64,000 nt of DNA from Minisyncoccia bacterium (GTDB taxonomy: Bacteria > Patescibacteriota > Minisyncoccia > Phycocordibacterales > UBA9973), in contig JBBRWS010000003.1 in assembly GCA_038249055.1 (NCBI GenBank), positions 24,374-88,373 of the forward strand, in the 5' to 3' direction. The translations under genes were made by a program, and so were the position numbers. The notes under the pieces are model-generated. The model saw only the letters and a list, made by a program, of their open reading frames with translations. It was not told where the DNA came from and made no database searches. Positions 59,744 to 64,000 of this stretch are shown here, piece after piece. Each line of letters starts with the position of its first letter. Position 1 is the first letter of the stretch.

Positions 59744-62700
59744 TTAAGCATATGCCATCATTTTTTTGTCTTGGAAGTGTTCATACACAAAGTTATAAAT
59801 TTCAAATCCTTTTAATTCACACTCTATTTCTGTATATGTAGGTTCTGGTAATTTAGTAAAAAGTAGGTCTGAAATTGCAATTTTTACTCCAGCACGGTTT
59901 GTTTCAAAATCTCTCCAGTGTGGGACCAATAGTGGCTCAAGATTTGTTAATAATTCGTGAGTAGCACCTTTTATACTTGCAACCTCATCTGGATTTAGGT
60001 TTTCCTTTACTAATAGATCAAAGATAGCTAATTCTTCCTCACTTAAATTTTCTTTGACTGTTCTTTGCTCCTCTACTGTTAAATCTTTTGCTAGGATAAT
60101 AAGGCTTTCAAATAATTGATCAATATCGTGCGCACCACTATTATATTCTTGTAGAAGATTAACAAGTCTATCCATAAATTTAGCTCTTTTTTTATTCTTT
60201 TTTACCATTTCTGTTATTTTTTGATCAAGTTCGGTAGTCATTGATTCTACTTGTAAGTTCTTATTATCAAGACCAGCAAAAAAAGTTTGCAACGCCTCAG
60301 CATCAAGAATGCTTAAATCTTTTATTTTTTTATGCTGGGGAATTACATATTGTCCAGCTTGGATTGATTTATCAAGTAAGTCCTCTAAATCTTTTTTAAC
60401 TTGAGATACATCAATACTCTGTGAGCCTACATCACGAATACGTGATGCTAATACACGAACTGCTGTAACTTCTTTGTAATAATCTTCTGCACTTGGGTCT
60501 GGTAATACTGAGCGATACGCATTTTGTAAATCACTAGCTAAATTTAAGAATTTCTTCTTTTCCTCAAGTTTTCCAATTATTGTATTGGCATATTTCTCTA
60601 ATAATAATATTTTTTCTTCACTAGGAGCATTAAGTAAGACATCAATATCAATTTGCTCAGCACTTAAAAATTCTTTTGTTGTTTTGATACTTTTCTTAAG
60701 ATCATTAAGAAGTTCATCTTTACTTTTAATTATTTCGTCTTCATCGGCTCCATTTGTTGCATATAAAGCCAGAGCACGTTCAATATTCTTAAATACTCCA
60801 ATATAATCAACAATTATTCCATTCTTTTTACCCTCATCTGCTACACGATTAGCACGAGCAATCGTTTGCATTAAAGTATGGTTCTTTAGTGGTTTGTCTA
60901 AATACAAAGTTGAAAGATTAGGCACATCAAATCCAGTAATCCACATCGCACAAACAAAAACAATTCTTAAATTACTATCTGCTTTTTTGAATTCATCTTC
61001 TAAATTTCCGTGAATTATTCTTTCTCTAATTGGTTTAACATCAATTTCAAATTCTGCCATATCAGCAATTTCATTTTGATTATCACCTAGACTAACCATT
61101 ACAGCCATATCTACATTTTCGTGTTGTTCTAATTTCAATAATATTTTTTCTTTTTCACGCTCGTCCGTAGCACGAGAAAGATCCATACGTAACTTTGCAA
61201 TATAGCGACCCCATTCTTTCTTTACCTTGTCATACATTCTAAAAGTAGTTTTCTTATCAATAGAAACAACCATTGCTTTTCCATCATACCCTCGTCCTAC
61301 ATAGTGTTCTACAATATCTCTCGCAATAGTATCCAAACGATCTTCACGAGTTATAATTTCATAAAAATTAGAATATTCTCTTTCTATTTTTTCTTCCTCA
61401 TCTTCGTTAAGGTCATATCTCTCCATAAGTTGACCTAATTGTTCTTCAAGATTTTCATTAACATTGTTTAATCTAGGCACTCTGTTTTCATAATAAAGAG
61501 GAACGGTTGCTCCATCGGTTACTGACTGACTAAAGTTATAAATTGAAACATAATTTCCAAATGTCTTAACTGTCTCAGCCTCACCATCTGCCATAAGAGG
61601 TGTTCCTGTAAATCCTATAAAAGATGCCTTAGGTAGAGCCTTACGCATATTTAGAGCCATACTGTCGTATTGAGTTCGGTGAGCCTCATCAGTAATTACA
61701 ATAATTTCTTCTCTTTCAGAAATAGGACCACTAATATCTTGAAATTTCTGAATAGTAGTAAATATTTGACGGTGGTCACCAGCTAGTAAATCCTTTAGAT
61801 TAGCTATGCTATCTGCGTGAACTTCTGATTCGTGGATTACTCCAACATTTACGAAGTTTTTATAAGCCTGTCCATCAAGTTGATTTCTGTCCGTAACAAT
61901 AACAAAAGTAAAATTACCAACAAGTTTTCGTAAAACTTTTTGTGAAAGCCAAACCATAGAATATGATTTACCTGAACCTTGTGTATGCCAGAACACACCC
62001 AACTTACCAGCTAATTCTTTTCTTTTGATGGCATTATCAAAAGCAAGATTTACCCCCAAATATTGAAAGTATCTTGGGACAATCTTTTTAACATCACTAC
62101 CTGATTCATCAAATAAAATAAAATTTTCAAAAATATCTAAAAGTCGCGTTTTGTTACAAATACCACTGAGTATTGTAGCTAAATCAGTTTTTGGTTTATC
62201 TTTCTCGTCTCCAGTTTTTTTCCATTCATTAAAAAATTCATATGGTGCTGTAAGTGAACCAAACTTATTTTCAATACCATTTGAAATAATAATACCTAAG
62301 TTATACCAAAATAATTTAGGTATAGTATCTTTATAATCACGAATATTATCACGGTGTGCATCTACTAAGCTTATATGTGAGGCTTTTAATTCTAATAATA
62401 TAAGAGGTATACCATTCACAAAAACAACCACGTCTGGTCGTCGTGTATACATTTCTCCAACCACCCATAATTGAGATACCATTAAAAAATGATTATCCTC
62501 TGCTTTTTCAAAATCAAAAAACTGCACTCGTTCAGTTCCCATATCGCCGTTTTCTAATTGAACATTTACGTTCACTCCACTTTGTAGTAGTTTATATATT
62601 TCTTGATTAGCCTTTATTAAACTAAGGTTTGATCGGTCACGAGTAATAATATCTACAGCTTGTGTAAGTGCATCAATTGATAAGGTTGGGTTAATTTTCT

Positions 62701-62875
62701 GAAGTGCTGGTAATAAATATTTCTTAAGAACTACTTCACCTTGGTTTTCACGTCCAAGCAAAAAATCATCTTCATCTTTATAAGCATTGATATGACATTT
62801 ATCATCACCCCATATTTCCTTTATAAGTTTAATAACTGTCTGTTCAACTAAATTGTCTTCATTAAATGGGTTCAT
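59744..62875 (-). CDS. hsdR: Type I restriction enzyme R subunit
   Basis: RRPDVVVFVNGIPLILLELK, WHTQGSGKS, DEAHR, GFTGTP, TGFD.P, QTIARANR. Confidence 0.96.
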   Translation of the reverse strand: MNPFNEDNLVEQTVIKLIKEIWGDDKCHINAYKDEDDFLLGRENQGEVVLKKYLLPALQKINPTLSIDALTQAVDIITRDRSNLSLIKANQEIYKLLQSGVNVNVQLENGDMGTERVQFFDFEKAEDNHFLMVSQLWVVGEMYTRRPDVVVFVNGIPLILLELKASHISLVDAHRDNIRDYKDTIPKLFWYNLGIIISNGIENKFGSLTAPYEFFNEWKKTGDEKDKPKTDLATILSGICNKTRLLDIFENFILFDESGSDVKKIVPRYFQYLGVNLAFDNAIKRKELAGKLGVFWHTQGSGKSYSMVWLSQKVLRKLVGNFTFVIVTDRNQLDGQAYKNFVNVGVIHESEVHADSIANLKDLLAGDHRQIFTTIQKFQDISGPISEREEIIVITDEAHRTQYDSMALNMRKALPKASFIGFTGTPLMADGEAETVKTFGNYVSIYNFSQSVTDGATVPLYYENRVPRLNNVNENLEEQLGQLMERYDLNEDEEEKIEREYSNFYEIITREDRLDTIARDIVEHYVGRGYDGKAMVVSIDKKTTFRMYDKVKKEWGRYIAKLRMDLSRATDEREKEKILLKLEQHENVDMAVMVSLGDNQNEIADMAEFEIDVKPIRERIIHGNLEDEFKKADSNLRIVFVCAMWITGFDVPNLSTLYLDKPLKNHTLMQTIARANRVADEGKKNGIIVDYIGVFKNIERALALYATNGADEDEIIKSKDELLNDLKKSIKTTKEFLSAEQIDIDVLLNAPSEEKILLLEKYANTIIGKLEEKKKFLNLASDLQNAYRSVLPDPSAEDYYKEVTAVRVLASRIRDVGSQSIDVSQVKKDLEDLLDKSIQAGQYVIPQHKKIKDLSILDAEALQTFFAGLDNKNLQVESMTTELDQKITEMVKKNKKRAKFMDRLVNLLQEYNSGAHDIDQLFESLIILAKDLTVEEQRTVKENLSEEELAIFDLLVKENLNPDEVASIKGATHELLTNLEPLLVPHWRDFETNRAGVKIAISDLLFTKLPEPTYTEIECELKGFEIYNFVYEHFQDKKMMAYA

Positions 62876-62882
62876 AAATAAG

Positions 62883-64000
62883 TTATAGCTCCATTTTATT
62901 CAAATTAATTTCTGTTTCTTGTATTTGTTTTATTTTATCAAACATATTTACCACAATTTTTTTAAAACTATTAGCAGTATCTGAATCTGGAACAATAATT
63001 TTCATAGTTTTTAAAAATTTGAAATGCCTTGCGTATTCATTATTTTGTAATCCTGAGTTAAGTAAAGATACATAAAAAAGTTCTTGTGGCATTCGTAATA
63101 AGTCATTACTTAATATAAGTTGAGTTCCATCTGCCCCACAAGCAAATGGAAAATTACAATACTTAAAGCATCTTGTATGGTCACCAAATAAAATATATTC
63201 TTTATTATATACAGTAGAATCTTCATTCGTATACCCTCCAATAAACGCCTTTCCTTGATCAATAATCGGGAATTTACCAATATCTAGATATTCGTCTGTT
63301 TTAATTTTCCTTTTCCTCTTGACCTGTGTTAAAAGATTTTTAACTTGTTTAACTTCCCAACCAGTAGGAATATCACCAAATTTTGATTTACTATCAATAA
63401 ATTTAATTTTTTCATTCCCAGGAAATTTAAAATGAACAAACCAGTCTATATAAATTATATTTATCATTTTCTCTATCATTGAAGATGAACTAAATTCAAC
63501 ATTATTCCATTTAATATTTTTGGAAATTTGAGTTAATCTATTTGAAATTTCTATATCAATTTGATTATTTATTAATGTTTGCTTTTCTAAAAATGAATTT
63601 AAATTCATCAATTTTTCTTCAAGTGAAGTTTTGTTAAGAACAATCTCAGAATTATCAATATATTGCCTAGGGTTTAGGGAGTAATCACATTCTTTTATTT
63701 CATCAATACTTACAACTCTGCAACGGCCTCTAATATCAGAATACTTTTTATATCCTTGTTCACAACGATAGCTGCGGACAATTCCCACTATCTCTTGTAT
63801 TTGATCATCAGTCCAAAATTTTTTAACTCTTTCACCAGGAATTGAAGTGAATATATCGCTTACATTTAAAAATAATATTTCTTTTTCTCTTGGAGTTCCT
63901 TTTTTTGATTTATCAAAAAACCAAAGAGTTGTTGAAAGAGTCACATTGATAAACATATTTCCACCAACTACAATTATTACGTCAATTCCTCCAGATTCAA
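62883..64000 (-). CDS. hsdM: Type I R-M HsdM C-terminus fused to a single-TRD HsdS (5' end beyond window)
   Basis: Frame open to 64000; ...NMFINVTLSTTLWFFDK...EILF...YSLNPRQY (HsdM end) then DWFVHFKFPG...GDIPTGWE...FGDHTR...GADGTQ (HsdS). Confidence 0.82.
   Translation of the reverse strand, partial: ESGGIDVIIVVGGNMFINVTLSTTLWFFDKSKKGTPREKEILFLNVSDIFTSIPGERVKKFWTDDQIQEIVGIVRSYRCEQGYKKYSDIRGRCRVVSIDEIKECDYSLNPRQYIDNSEIVLNKTSLEEKLMNLNSFLEKQTLINNQIDIEISNRLTQISKNIKWNNVEFSSSSMIEKMINIIYIDWFVHFKFPGNEKIKFIDSKSKFGDIPTGWEVKQVKNLLTQVKRKRKIKTDEYLDIGKFPIIDQGKAFIGGYTNEDSTVYNKEYILFGDHTRCFKYCNFPFACGADGTQLILSNDLLRMPQELFYVSLLNSGLQNNEYARHFKFLKTMKIIVPDSDTANSFKKIVVNMFDKIKQIQETEINLNKMEL

Overview
Very AT-rich bacterial chromosomal window read in standard code 11. 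Gene content and style point to a reduced-genome Patescibacteria (CPR, Parcubacteria-like) organism; this is inferred, not proven. 1-7.6 kb holds housekeeping genes (rpsA, pth, lepB, hisS, def, fmt, raiA) and a decayed REP-associated transposase. 7.6-24.6 kb holds transporters, an FnIII surface protein, a sensor kinase, a DEAD-box helicase, a cold-shock protein, Maf and an unannotated structured RNA candidate. 24.7-30.5 kb is a block of foreign-looking genes: an acyltransferase, an amidase and two FG-GAP proteins with Bacteroidota T9SS C-terminal sorting domains. Three of its transcription units share a promoter + boxA-like + covarying hairpin leader. 30.6-45 kb holds cell-wall, purine-salvage and hypothetical genes. 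45-53.5 kb is an array of one- or two-gene units separated by nine degenerate ~30-bp direct repeats that look like serially accumulated attachment-site relics. 53.5-64 kb is a defence-type island (DUF4238, TPR, HNH nuclease, c4-like regulatory RNA, type I R-M with fused HsdM-HsdS). Many genes have TGnTATAAT-N6-ATG, which suggests leaderless mRNAs. No rRNA, tRNA or CRISPR array was seen.
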